The position numbers and the translations under genes are program-made. A stretch of DNA of 26,535 nucleotides from Tubiluchus corallicola. Lineage: Eukaryota > Animalia > Priapulida. Below are positions 1 to 10,502 of this stretch, in pieces. The stretch spans positions 1 through 26,535 of the forward strand of contig JAQGDQ010001758.1 of NCBI GenBank assembly GCA_030141605.1, in the 5' to 3' direction. The notes below the pieces were generated by a model. The model did no database searches. It was not told where the DNA came from and saw only the letters and a list, made by a program, of their open reading frames with translations. Every line of letters starts with the position of its first letter. Position 1 is the first letter of the stretch.

Positions 1-370
1 GAGGAGGTCAAGTGACCCAACGGTCATGTGTAGAGGAGTAAACCTTCCAAATCAGGAGTGGAGCCCCGAAGGCGGACCAGTGCAGCATGCTCACTGACTC
101 CGGCAGCTCCTGCAGCCAACCTGGTGCCAAACGTATCACTCCGCTTTCCTTTGGACTACACCAGCGAGGAAGAGAGGGGGTTCCTGTTGTCTGGGCAACT
201 CAGGATCTCCATACACCTTGCCCAGGCATGCGCCCTGGAGAGGCCACTCCAGTGGTTCAAGGATCGGATTGCTCAGCCACAGTCGACGCTGCAGCTCCAT
301 CAATGTGATCAATAACTGACTCTCTTGGCGCACACTCCATTGTCTTCCGAGACAGAAGGATGCCAACAAC
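1..370 (+). mobile_element. RTE-clade retroelement-derived non-autonomous element (3' part; 5' end outside window)
   Basis: Ends in CCATTGTCTTCCGAGACAGAAGGATGCCAACAAC, which resembles RTE-type LINE 3' termini with a short (CAA)n tail. The GC-rich body has no credible ORF. Family assignment is from recalled similarity, not a search. Confidence 0.55.
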
Positions 371-899
371 CTCGTGGAATTAGTAAAATCACTTTAAAGT
401 CGCGATCATTTTCCCATTCTTCTTCACGTCATTCGTCTTGTAGAAAAGTAGCGCGCTGTCAATCTTCGTCAAAAGTATAATATGTTAGATATCTAATATA
501 ATTACATAGCTTATCTTGTAAATTTTTTGCGTGGACATTAGATAAGCTGCAGAAGTTTGAATTAGTTTGCGCAGCGCTCGCTTCCGGAAAGCCGCAACGC
601 GCTTAGGAAAGTCGTAAAGTCTTCCAGTTACGTCATGATTTTCAAGTGAATGGCGGCAACCACCACGAGTGAAAATTTCTATTCAGGTGTAGTTTATTTT
701 GCTCGTAGTTTCGTTGTTATGTTTTTGTAAGTTTAAGATTAAGTCATAACATTAGATAATAAATCAAGCATGTTGTACGACTCGTTCTTTCCTTTATTAG
801 CTACTGTTAAACATACAATTTGCTAAACAACTGCTCAAAATGATTTAAATGCAGGCAACATTGCTTGAAATTAAATCACTTTTATTGTCATGCTCTTAA

Positions 900-1105
900 A
901 TTGTTGCTGTTGTTGTTGTGGTGGTGGTGGTTGTTGTGGCAGTGTTGGTTGTTGTTGTCATGGTGGTTGTTGTTGTTGTTGTTGTTGTGGTGATGGTGGT
1001 TGTTGTTGTTGTTGTGGCAGTGTTGGTTGTTGTTGCTGTTATTGCAGTGGTTGTTGTTGTTTTAGTGGTGGTGATGGTTTTTGTTGTATGGTGGTGGTTG
1101 TGTTG

Positions 1106-1136
<31 letters not shown>

Positions 1137-1684
1137 TGTTGTTGTTGTTGTGGTGGTGGTTGTTGTTGTTGTGGCAGTGTTGGTTGTTGTTGCTGTTATT
1201 GCAGTGGTTGTTGTTTTAGTGGTGCTTGTTGTTGTGGTGGTGGTGGTGGTGGTGGTGATTGTTGTTGTTGTTGTGGTGGTGATTGTTGTTGTTGTTGTGG
1301 TGGTGGTGGTGGTGATTGTTGTTGTTGTGGCAGTGTTGGTTGTTGTTGCTGTTATTGTAGTGGTTGTTGTTTTAGTGGTGGTTGTTGTTGTTGTTGTTGT
1401 GGTGGTGGTTGTTGTTGTTGTTGTTGTGGTGGTGGTGATTGTTGTTGTTGTGGCAGTGTTGGTTGTTGTTGCTGTTATTGTAGTGGTTGTTGTTTTAGTG
1501 GTGCTTGTTGTTGTTGTTGTTGTGGTGGTGGTGGTGTTGTTGTTGTTGTTGTTGTGGTGGTGCTTGTTGTTGTTGTTGTTGTGGTGGTGGTGGTGATTGT
1601 TGTGGTGGTGGTTGTTGTTGTTGTGGTGGTGGTGATTGTTGTTGTTGTGGCAGTGTTGGTTGTTGTTGCTGTTATTGTTGTTGG

Positions 1685-1721
<37 letters not shown>

Positions 1722-2166
1722 GGTGGTGGTGGTGGTGGTGGTGGTGATTGTTGTTGTTGTTGTGGTGGTGATTGTTGTTGTTGTTGTTGTTGTGGTGGTG
1801 ATTGTTGTTGTTGTTGTGGTGGTGATTGTTGTTGTTGTTGTTGTGGTGGTGGTGATTGTTGTTGTTGTGGCAGTGTTGGTTGTTGTTGCTGTTATTGTAG
1901 TGGTTGTTGTTTTAGTGGTGGTTGTTGTTGTTGTTGTTGTGGTGGTGGTTGTTGTTGTTGTTGTTGTGGTGGTGGTGGTGATTGTTGTTGTTGTTGTTGT
2001 GGTGGTGGTGGTGGTGGTTGTTGTTGTTGTGGTGGTGGTGGTTGTTGTTGTTATTTTTGTGGTGGTTTTGGTTGTTATTATTATTGTTGTGGTGGTCGTT
2101 GTTATTGCGGTAGTTGTTGCAGTTATTGTTGTTGTTATTGTGGTGGTGGTTTTTGTTGTTGCTGTT
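900..2166. repeat. Compound (GTT)n/(GGT)n trinucleotide array with a recurring higher-order block
   Basis: About 1.27 kb of GTT/GGT triplets with a recurring GGCAGTGTTGGTTGTTGTTGCTGTTATTG block. Explains the poly-Cys/Val/Thr ORFs. Confidence 0.97.
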
Positions 2167-2216
2167 ATCATCAACATCATATCCATCATCAACATCAAAT
2201 ACATGCTTATTTTCAG

Positions 2217-2346
2217 AGCACTTGTAATGCAGCTTCTAGAAAAGTCGTTACTGCTGTTGATGTGCCAGGCGAGTTTACATCTGAGAGATGCGCGACTACC
2301 GTCCAGGGAGAAGCAGCTGCTGAAGAGGGAACTGGGCACAGAACTG
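2217..2346 (+). CDS. NUP188: Nucleoporin NUP188, penultimate coding exon
   Basis: tttcag|A GCA CTT...GAA CTG|gtacgt; 130 nt, phase 2 in and phase 0 out. Encodes ALVMQLLEKSLLLLMCQASLHLRDARLPSREKQLLKRELGTEL, matching the vertebrate NUP188 C-terminal LLISQAMRYLRDP...RDKQRMKQELSSEL segment. Confidence 0.88.
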
Positions 2347-3606
2347 GTACGTAGTGCGTGTTACTGTATTACATCTACGGTGCAACAGAACTGGTACGTA
2401 GTGCATGTTACTGAATTACATGTACGGTGTAACAGAACTGGTACGTAGTGCGTGTTACTGAATTACATGTGCAGTGTAACAGAACTGGTACGTAGTGCGT
2501 GTTACTGAATTACATGTACGGTGTAACAGAACTGGTACGTAGTGCGTGTTACTGAATTACATGTACAGTGTAACAGAACTGGTACGTAGTGCGTGTTACT
2601 GAATTACATGTGCAGTGTAACAGAACTGGTACGTAGTGCGTGTTACTGAATTACATCTACAGTGTAACAGAACTGGTACGTAGTGCGTGTTACTGAATTA
2701 CATCTACAGTGTAACAGAACTGGTACGTAGTGCGTGTTACTGAATTACATGTACAGTGTAACAGAACTGGTACGTAGTGCATGTTACTGAATTACATGTA
2801 CAGTGTAACAGAACTGGTACGTAGTGCGTGTTACTGAATTACATGTACAGCGTAACAGAACTGGTACGTAGTGCGTGTTACTGAATTACATGTACGGTGT
2901 AACAGAACTGGTACGTAGTGCATGTTACTGAATTACATGTACAGTGTAACAGAACTGGTACGTAGTGCATGTTACTGAGTTACATGTACGGTGTAACAGA
3001 ACTGGTACGTAGTGCGTGTTACTGAATTACATGTACGGTGTAACAGTACTGGTACGTAGTGCGTGTTACTGAATTACATGTACAGCGTAACAGAACTGGT
3101 ACGTAGTGCGTGTTACTGAATTACATCTACAGTGTAACAGAACTGGTACGTAGTGCGTGTTACTGAATTACATGTACAGTGTAACAGAACTGGTACGTAG
3201 TGCATGTTACTGAATTACATGTACAGTGTAACAGAACTGGTACGTAGTGCGTGTTACTGAATTACATCTACGGTGTAACAGAACTGGTACGTAGTGCGTG
3301 TTACTGAATTACATGTACGGTGTAACAGAACTGGTACGTAGTGCGTGTTACTGAATTACATCTACAGTGTAACAGAACTGGTACGTAGTGCGTGTTACTG
3401 AATTACATGTACAGTGTAACAGAACTGGTACGTAGTGCGCATTACTGAATTACATATACAGTGTAACTGAACTGGTACGTAGTGCGCGTTACTGAATTAC
3501 ATCTACAGTGCAACAGAACTGGTACGTAGTGCGCGTTACTGAATTACATCTACAGTGCAACAGAACTGGTATGTAGTGCGTGCTACTGAATTACATCTAC
3601 AGTGCA
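2338..3606. repeat. 47-bp minisatellite, 27 copies, spanning the NUP188 exon/intron junction
   Basis: Unit ACAGAACTGGTACGTAGTGCGTGTTACTGAATTACATGTACAGTGTA. Units start at 2338, 2385 ... 3560 (1222 = 26 x 47). No unique spacers. Confidence 0.97.
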
Positions 3607-4063
3607 TTTTCCGGGTCTGCGATCCTAACAGATCTGGCGAGACATTGTTTTGTCTTTAGGAAAATATTGAAATTTACTGCTGTACTTACAGATGAGCTGT
3701 CAAACGTGCAGTACATCACAAACTAACTTATCACAACTGAGAGGAACAGCACTTGTTTTCTGTAGTGCCTCTCTAACTAGCGAGTGGCAAAATGCAGGTA
3801 ACAACGAAGAACTAGTGGCGCGAACGTGAAATTGTGTTTGTGTGGTAATAATTCTATTACGCAAGTCATTCTTAAAAAAATAGTACGTTACGAACATCGC
3901 ACAGCTGATTTGCAAATTTGAACAATTTCTAACACAATGGATACGCGACATCCGTACAAGATCCAACTTCATAACACTTCATCCAACAATGCACATGCAA
4001 ATATCATATCATATATGACATATTTCTGCTGCTCGGACAAAATCAACTTCTTCAATCCATTAA

Positions 4064-4444
4064 CCCTTTCACACCCGTTGTATCCCGTGGGATATGAGAA
4101 TATTTTCTGCCTTTAAAATGAATAAAATTTTAAAACTGACAGTTATTTGATCTGTTAATAGTTATTTTGATTTAAGCCAATAACAATAGAGTAAAAATGG
4201 TGATAAAATGGCAAACTAGAAAATCTACATAGCTTAAAAAACTGTGCAAAGTACAGTACTTTAGAGACGACTTTGTACAGATCAGCATAGCATGCATACT
4301 AAATGTCTTAAATACTTTAAAAAATTATCAGCAGTTGCAAAATGCAGCACATTTTTATGCTTCCATTGAATCCCAACGTATCCCGTGGGAAACAGGCTAT
4401 ACTTAGCACACAGGTTGAAAAAAAATAATTTGGGACTGAAAGGG
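4064..4444. mobile_element. piggyBac-like MITE, copy 1 (internally deleted)
   Basis: TTAA|CCCTTTCA ... TGAAAGGG|TTAA; near-identical to 10503-10961. Confidence 0.88.
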
Positions 4445-4588
4445 TTAAATCAAAGCGGACAAAATGGCACCTCTGCGTCTTAGCTGTTCCACCGGCAAAA
4501 TGCTAAAAATTTGTTTCCCCGGCTGCTCAGTTTTGTCGTCGAAATCTTCCCCGGTTTTTCACTAATGTAAAATTTATAATTATTGCAG

Positions 4589-4816
4589 AATCTCTTCCTG
4601 ATGGGCGTGTATCGGTACCTCCGACGAGGAGCACCTCCTTCACCGGGCACGGTCACTCTAACCAGTCCGGTTTCGGCCGGCAAGTCTCCGACTCCGACGA
4701 CCTCGCCCCGTACGCCGGGATCCGCTTCCAAGACGAAGCAGCACGCTTTCTCCATGGCTCAGGAACAGGCGTATTTTAGACTGGTACAGCAGTTTGTTTC
4801 GGGCATTTTGAAGTGA
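4589..4816 (+). CDS. NUP188: Nucleoporin NUP188, last coding exon
   Basis: ttgcag|AAT, phase 0, matching the upstream donor. Encodes NLFLMGVYRYLRRGAPPSPG...QEQAYFRLVQQFVSGILK*, matching NUP188 SRYFRRGAPSSP...QEPLIQLVQAFV. Stop TGA at 4814-4816. Confidence 0.9.
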   Translation, partial: NLFLMGVYRYLRRGAPPSPGTVTLTSPVSAGKSPTPTTSPRTPGSASKTKQHAFSMAQEQAYFRLVQQFVSGILK

Positions 4817-4849
4817 TTCGTAAAACTCTGACTGCCGTAACTAATTTCA

Positions 4850-5110
4850 ACCAGTATGCAGCCATGTGTAACACATGATGAGCAAGTATGTTAAACTGGT
4901 ATGCAGCCATGTGTAACACGAGAGCGAGTGAGTTAAACTGGTATGCAGCCATGTGTAACACATGAGAGCGAGTGAATTAAACTGGTATGCAGCCATGTGT
5001 AACACATGAGAGCGAGTGAGTTAAACTGGTATGCAGCCATGTGTAACTCATGATGAGCAAGTGAGTTAGACTGGTATGCAGTCATGTGTAACACATGATG
5101 ACCAAGTTAA
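4850..5110. repeat. ~44-bp tandem repeat, 6 copies, just 3' of the NUP188 stop
   Basis: Unit ACTGGTATGCAGCCATGTGTAACACATGAGAGCGAGTGAGTTAA, with small length variants. Confidence 0.93.
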
Positions 5111-6350
5111 ATCACAGGTAAAGGCGTACGGTCGCCATCTTGCTATGTAAGTCAGTTTGTTTTGGAAAGGGAAGGCAAGAACTGCTAACAGAAATCCACT
5201 TTAACTCAACCGTTTAGTGAAATGTTTTTGCAACGGTGATGTCACGTGATTGGGAAGTCTTTGGTTGCTGCTCTGACTCCGGAGGATTGTCTACGAAGAT
5301 GAAATTAAGGACCAATTTTTTAAGAGGCGAGTTGCTGTTTTAAGCAACTTTAACTGGCTTCTTTTGCAAACCGTTTCTTTGTATTTCTGTGTGTTGAAAC
5401 CAAGTATCATTTATCTTTGTACAACTCCATGAATTCATAATTCTTGTGGAATAAGAACTTAATAATGTCACCTTTTTTATTTCATAATTGTGGCCTACGT
5501 GCCTTCAGATCCACTTAACCCGAATCTAACCCAAATAAATCCGCGTTGAAATCCACTTGATCCAGATTTCATTAGGTCAGATTTCCGGTTAATGCAAGTC
5601 TACGTGTTCGTGCCGTGTTCAAGTCAGATCTGACGCTTTTGTGACGATTCCTGGTGGTTTTTTAGCTTCTCACAAATATGAAATTTAAAGGACAAGAAAA
5701 GGGATACCCGAAGTAGGTTTCAGAAGAATTGCATTAAAAAATTATGTTACTTTATAGCAATTTTATGCGTATATCGTACTCGCATTGAAAGGATTTTTTG
5801 TTTGTTTTCATTTTAAATCTCCTGCAATATAGTTCTGACGGCGCCATTACATGACTTCACCTATGTACAATGTAAATCAGGGGAAGGCACGGCAATGTTA
5901 AACTTTGTCCCAAAAAACTTTCCTTGCAAATCTATATTATTTACAATTTTGCTTACCTGCTGGAAAGACTTATGTAACTAGAAAAGAAAATTATTAATTA
6001 TTTAAAGTGTTTTCACCAATTGGTAAAATGTCGCTGACTCACCCTCCAGGGTGCACCACTCGCTAACCAAAAATGTATTTTTAATCTTATTGACAAGATA
6101 CAGCAAATTAAAATTTTTACTTAGTTAGTGACGTGTGCTACTTCATTCAATGTTATCTAAACTTGTTTCAAACGACCTACCACTAAAATGGCTGTTTTGT
6201 AAAATGACTGATAAGGATGCCTAAACTTGATTTTTATCAGTGAGATAGTCAAAACTCGTTAGCTGACATGTTGTATACCAGCCGTTAGATGACGTTGCAT
6301 TTTGAGAATGTATTATATGACTCATGGATTATATGATCTTGTGCATTGTG

Positions 6351-6356
6351 AATAAA
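6351..6356 (+). promoter_or_regulatory. Candidate NUP188 polyadenylation signal
   Basis: AATAAA followed by T/GT-rich sequence. Alternatives at 5534 and 6385. Confidence 0.35.
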
Positions 6357-6466
6357 TTGTTTTTTGTAATATGATCATTCGTGTAATAAATTTTACAACT
6401 GTTCTTGTTATGTATGTGAAAGTTATTTCACCTCACTTCTTTCATCCTACTTTTTCTCTCAGTTAT

Positions 6467-6790
6467 CTGTCTGCTCTCTCTCTGTCTCTCTCTCTCCCTC
6501 TCTCTCCTCTCTCTCTCTCTCTCTCCTCTCTCCCTCTCTCTCTATCTTGTCTTGTCTCTCTCTCCCCCTCTCTCTTTCTCTCTGCCTCCTCTCTTTCTTG
6601 CTCTCCCTTCCCCTCTCTTTGCCTCCCCTCTCTCTCTCTCTCTCTCTTTGCCTCCTCTCTCTTTCTTGCTCTCCCTTCCTCTCTCTTTGCCTCCCCCCTC
6701 TCTCTCTCTTTCTTGCTCTCCTCTCCTGCTCTTTTTTGCTCTCTCTCTCTCTCCCACACACACACACACGCACGCACCCACCCACACACT
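6467..6790. repeat. Imperfect (CT)n polypyrimidine tract followed by (CA)n
   Basis: Directly visible; explains the poly-SL/ER ORFs. Confidence 0.95.
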
Positions 6791-6977
6791 CTGGCTACTA
6801 TACTTGATTACTTGTTATTATTACAAACTAGTGCAAACATAATAAGCTTTTAAATAGTTTCTTCATCTTAATTGACATGAAAGTGCAAATATAAATTACG
6901 TTTCCTAAACTGCAGCAGCAGCTGACAACAAGCAATGAGACAAGTTTGTGAATAATTTTCTACAACAAAAATGTTAA

Positions 6978-7064
6978 TTATATTAACTGATCCAAATGTG
7001 GGGTGTTGTACAAATCACCAACGGCGGCCATTGCAGGTTTACCAGTCAGCACTCGCTTTGCCAC
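6978..7064 (-). CDS. UQCRC2: UQCRC2 last coding exon
   Basis: tttcag|GTG...; VAKRVLTGKPAMAAVGDLYNTPHLDQLI*; 87 nt. Confidence 0.93.
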   Translation of the reverse strand: MAKRVLTGKPAMAAVGDLYNTPHLDQLI

Positions 7065-7733
7065 CTGAAATAGGAAAAACAACAAGGTTATAAAGCTGAA
7101 GTGAAGAGAATTTCACGGATAAGCAGTCAGAGGGAAAAAAGAGCATTCATATCATGCACATAGAATTTTATTATGAAAATTGCCAGAATTCAGCAAGTGC
7201 GAAATGAAGAGAAATCTTTTGATGATGTAAAATTATTAGAACATGATGTTCACGATGTCCATAATATGATAGCAAACATGTAATTTTAATGTTGTAATTT
7301 GAAATTGTAATTTTAAACAAACAAAAATATGAGAGTTTATACATAAACATGATAAAATCCTAAACAAAAAATACTTTTTGCTTAGTAATAGCCTTGATAG
7401 TCGCAGTTTAAGCTTGATCCATTCACGGTAAGCACGTGACGACTGACAAGAAACTGCGTGAGCGGCAGTACTTTCTCTACCTAACCACAGACATGGCCGC
7501 ATGCGCACAACAGCCAAACACCGCGTTGCTGGAGCGCACCGTACTGGGCTGTGAAACAAACAGTACTACCCTCACTGAATTGCATTGAATAGTATCAATA
7601 ATAATGATAGAACATAGGGGGTGCTGCAGTTCCACAGTACCTATATACGAGCCGACAGTGTTCAAGATTAAGGCACGTTCACATTTTAACTGGTGTGAAT
7701 ACGCAAACATTAAAACGTCGAAAACCGACTTAC

Positions 7734-7893
7734 GGTGTTTAAATCGTTTAACGTGACGGCTTCTATAAACGCTCGCGCTTTGTCGTGAGTATAGTGAAAA
7801 ACTTTGTCCAAATGCATGATCTGACCGCCTAGCGACAGAGCTACTTCATCCTGATCTTCTCCCTGCATCAGCATCCATGTCAGCAGCTGCTTC
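7734..7893 (-). CDS. UQCRC2: UQCRC2 exon (160 nt)
   Basis: cacag|G AAG...ACC|gtaagt; KQLLTWMLMQGEDQDEVALSLGGQ...EAVTLNDLNT; phase 2 to 0. Confidence 0.9.
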
Positions 7894-8752
7894 CTGTGAA
7901 AAAATGACAGCATTTTCTGGTTAGTGACAGGTGCGTATTAACCAATAGGCTAACTAGGCCAAAGACTGAGGAGCGTCACATTTTTGGAACAATTCTTATT
8001 ATTCTCAAAAAATGTGTAGACTTTCATATTCACGTAATGGGCGCATTTTATAACACACCACAGGCAGTTACTGAACTCATCTTCTATATAAGTGCCACAT
8101 AACGAACAGGTGCAAGGTATTACGCAACAAGCAGTTGCGCAGCCTGCTTGAATATAACCGCTATGCAAATACATTAATAATGACCACGTCGAAACTAGGT
8201 TAATAGTGTTTCTAATACACCACAAGTAATTGTTTACACTGCCCATTACATAAACAACCATAAATTCACAATACTGATGGGCGGGACAGAACTATCAGCT
8301 TAGGGCGTCGCAGAGTCTTGACACGCCCCGGAACAGACTATTTCCATTCGTCCGATCCATTATGCATAAAATGTACCAGATAACGCCGGATGGGTCCATT
8401 TAAATGAAGCCATGCATTTGGACCGCGACATGCAGCAATGAAAATGACTATATTTACTGACAACAATTACAAACACTCGTATCTATGCTCAACAATTCAT
8501 AATCTTTGCACATATTTATTAAATAGATTACGACTGTGAATGGCAGAGAGAGGGCAGGAGAGTACTATCAGCTTAGCGGCGTCAAAAAGGGTTGAAACGC
8601 CCCCGCCTGCTCCTCGCAAAATAAATAAAAACGTCCCGAAAACTGATCGTAATCAATTATCGAATTGGTTTCGTATACGATCAAACGATTATTATGAAAA
8701 CGGAAACCGTGTCCCGCCATTATTATTGTAAAAACTTAAAAATGACGCTCAC

Positions 8753-8829
8753 TTAGCCGTCTTGAATTGTTCATCGGTGAAGCCACTCTTTGCAAGTTGT
8801 CTACAGCAATCAAGAGCCCCTTGAAGCAA
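8753..8829 (-). CDS. UQCRC2: UQCRC2 exon (77 nt)
   Basis: tttcag|TTG...GCT AA|gtgagc; LLQGALDCCRQLAKSGFTDEQFKTAK; phase 0 to 2. Confidence 0.88.
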
Positions 8830-9084
8830 CTGAAACACACAACGTGACGGTAATTATTGCATGGCTTCCTGAAGTTTATCACAAGCAAATAATTATTATT
8901 ATAAGGTGATTATTATTTAATCTAAGCCTTGGTTTAAAAAAGCTATTGTAGTTTTCAATATTTTAGAGCATTCTTTATTCTGAACTCGTGTTTACACAAT
9001 CATCCGGTTTTGCTTTAACAATTTTTGTGTCACTACAGCATGAAGTATATACTTGTGTTTTTAAATACTACTAATACTAATAAT

Positions 9085-9760
9085 AGTGGTGGTGGTGGTG
9101 GTGTTTGTGGTGGTAGGGTTGCGGCTGCCGCCGCCGCCGCCAGCAGCGGCCGCCGCCGCTGCTGTTGCTAGTTGCTGCAGCAGCGCACAGCGTGAGTGTT
9201 GTTGTTGTTGTTGTTGTTGTAGTTGTTGCGCAGCAGCGTTGCCGTTGTTGCCGCTGTTGTAGCAGCAGTAGCAGCAGCAGCGTTGCTGCTAGTAGCAGCA
9301 GCAGCAGCAGCAGTTGTTGTTGCAGCAGCAGTAGCAGCAGCAGGTTGCTAGGCGTTGGCGTAGCAGGCAGCGTTGGCAGCAGCAGCGTTGCCAGCAGCAG
9401 CAGTTGCAGCAGCGCAGCAGCAGCAGGTGCCGCTGTTGCTGCTGTTGCTGCTCGCTGCCGCTGCCGCCGCGTTGCTGCTGCTGTTAGCGCGTTTGCTGCC
9501 GTTACGCCGCTGCTGCGTGCCGTTGCGCCGCCAGGGTTGGTTGCCGTGCGTTGCAGCTGCCGTTGCCGTTGCCAGCGTTGCTGCCGCTGCCGTTGCCGTT
9601 GCCGTTGCCATAGCGTTGCTGCGCTGTTGCTGTTGCTGCTGCTTGTTGCCGCTGTTGCCGTTGCCGTCGCTGCAGTTGTTGCTGCTGTTGCGTTAAGCGT
9701 TGCTGCCGCCGCCGTTGCTGTTGCTGCTGCTGCTGCAGTTGTTGCAGCAGTTGTTGTTCG
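9085..9760. repeat. Compound GCA/GCT/GCC/GTT trinucleotide array
   Basis: Directly visible and intronic; explains the poly-A/Q/S ORFs. Confidence 0.93.
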
Positions 9761-9847
9761 TTTTCTTGCAGCCGCGTATCGTCGGCTTTGGTACATAAAC
9801 GCGAAAAGGAAATAAAGCGACACTGAACCGAATGCAACTTTTCCTAC

Positions 9848-9928
9848 CGTAGCCATGTCGTCGGCCTGTCCGGCGAGCGTGAATCCAAACAAGCCAGAAT
9901 CGGAGTAGTTCGCGTTCAACGCCGAAAT
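9848..9928 (-). CDS. UQCRC2: UQCRC2 exon (81 nt)
   Basis: cttcag|ATT...ACG|gtagga; ISALNANYSDSGLFGFTLAGQADDMAT. Confidence 0.95.
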
Positions 9929-10502
9929 CTGAAGCAACAAAAATAAAAAATTCCTCCTGTGATCAAGCAGCAGGATGAAAATTAAGCAAAATCGATGCAT
10001 GCTAATAGTCTGTGAACAGTATATTCGTTGAAAGCAGACGACTAGGTAAGTACTAGCAGTCATCGGCACTTACCATGTTTTTCCACGATTTTTAGACCGT
10101 TCACATAACACCTCAGTCTGGTTAAGCCCTGAAACCGCGTAAAGTATGGAACTGCTTATGACTGCTAGCACCTAAAATCATGAGCTGATACTACACAAAC
10201 ACTGGGTGACCGGCTTATTACAAAGGGCCATTAATCAACAACAGGTGGTGGGCTTCTCTGGACAGGTAGAGTTTAAGTACATCGCCACACGGCACGCATG
10301 TCGTTCACGGGTTGTTCACGCATCACCAGGCGAAAAATCCACTTAAGCCGTGAAACCCAGTAAAGCGTGGTATTCGTTCATTACTGCTACAGCTCATGTC
10401 CTCACCTGGTGTTACCCAAATAGCGAAGTTCTATTTTTAATATGTTCTACGTAGTTTACTAGATCTTAGCAGCTCGTTCATTTTGTCATTTGAAATTCTT
10501 AA

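Noticed and set aside
385-885. Possible TTAA-flanked Kolobok-like ends (also at ~5350 and ~5686)
   Set aside because: No convincing paired TIRs.
890-2448. Long Cys/Gly-, Val- or Thr-rich ORFs (metallothionein-, keratin-associated- or mucin-like)
   Set aside because: Open in several frames on both strands because GTT/GGT repeats lack stops. Only 2217-2346 has splice signals and protein homology.
2338-3606. CRISPR-like regular repeats (also 13127-14060 and 14250-15187)
   Set aside because: Head-to-tail units with no unique spacers, no cas genes, and a eukaryotic intron context.
9077-10069. 330-aa ORF with poly-A/Q/L
   Set aside because: Only the 81-nt UQCRC2 exon within it is real; the rest is intronic repeat.
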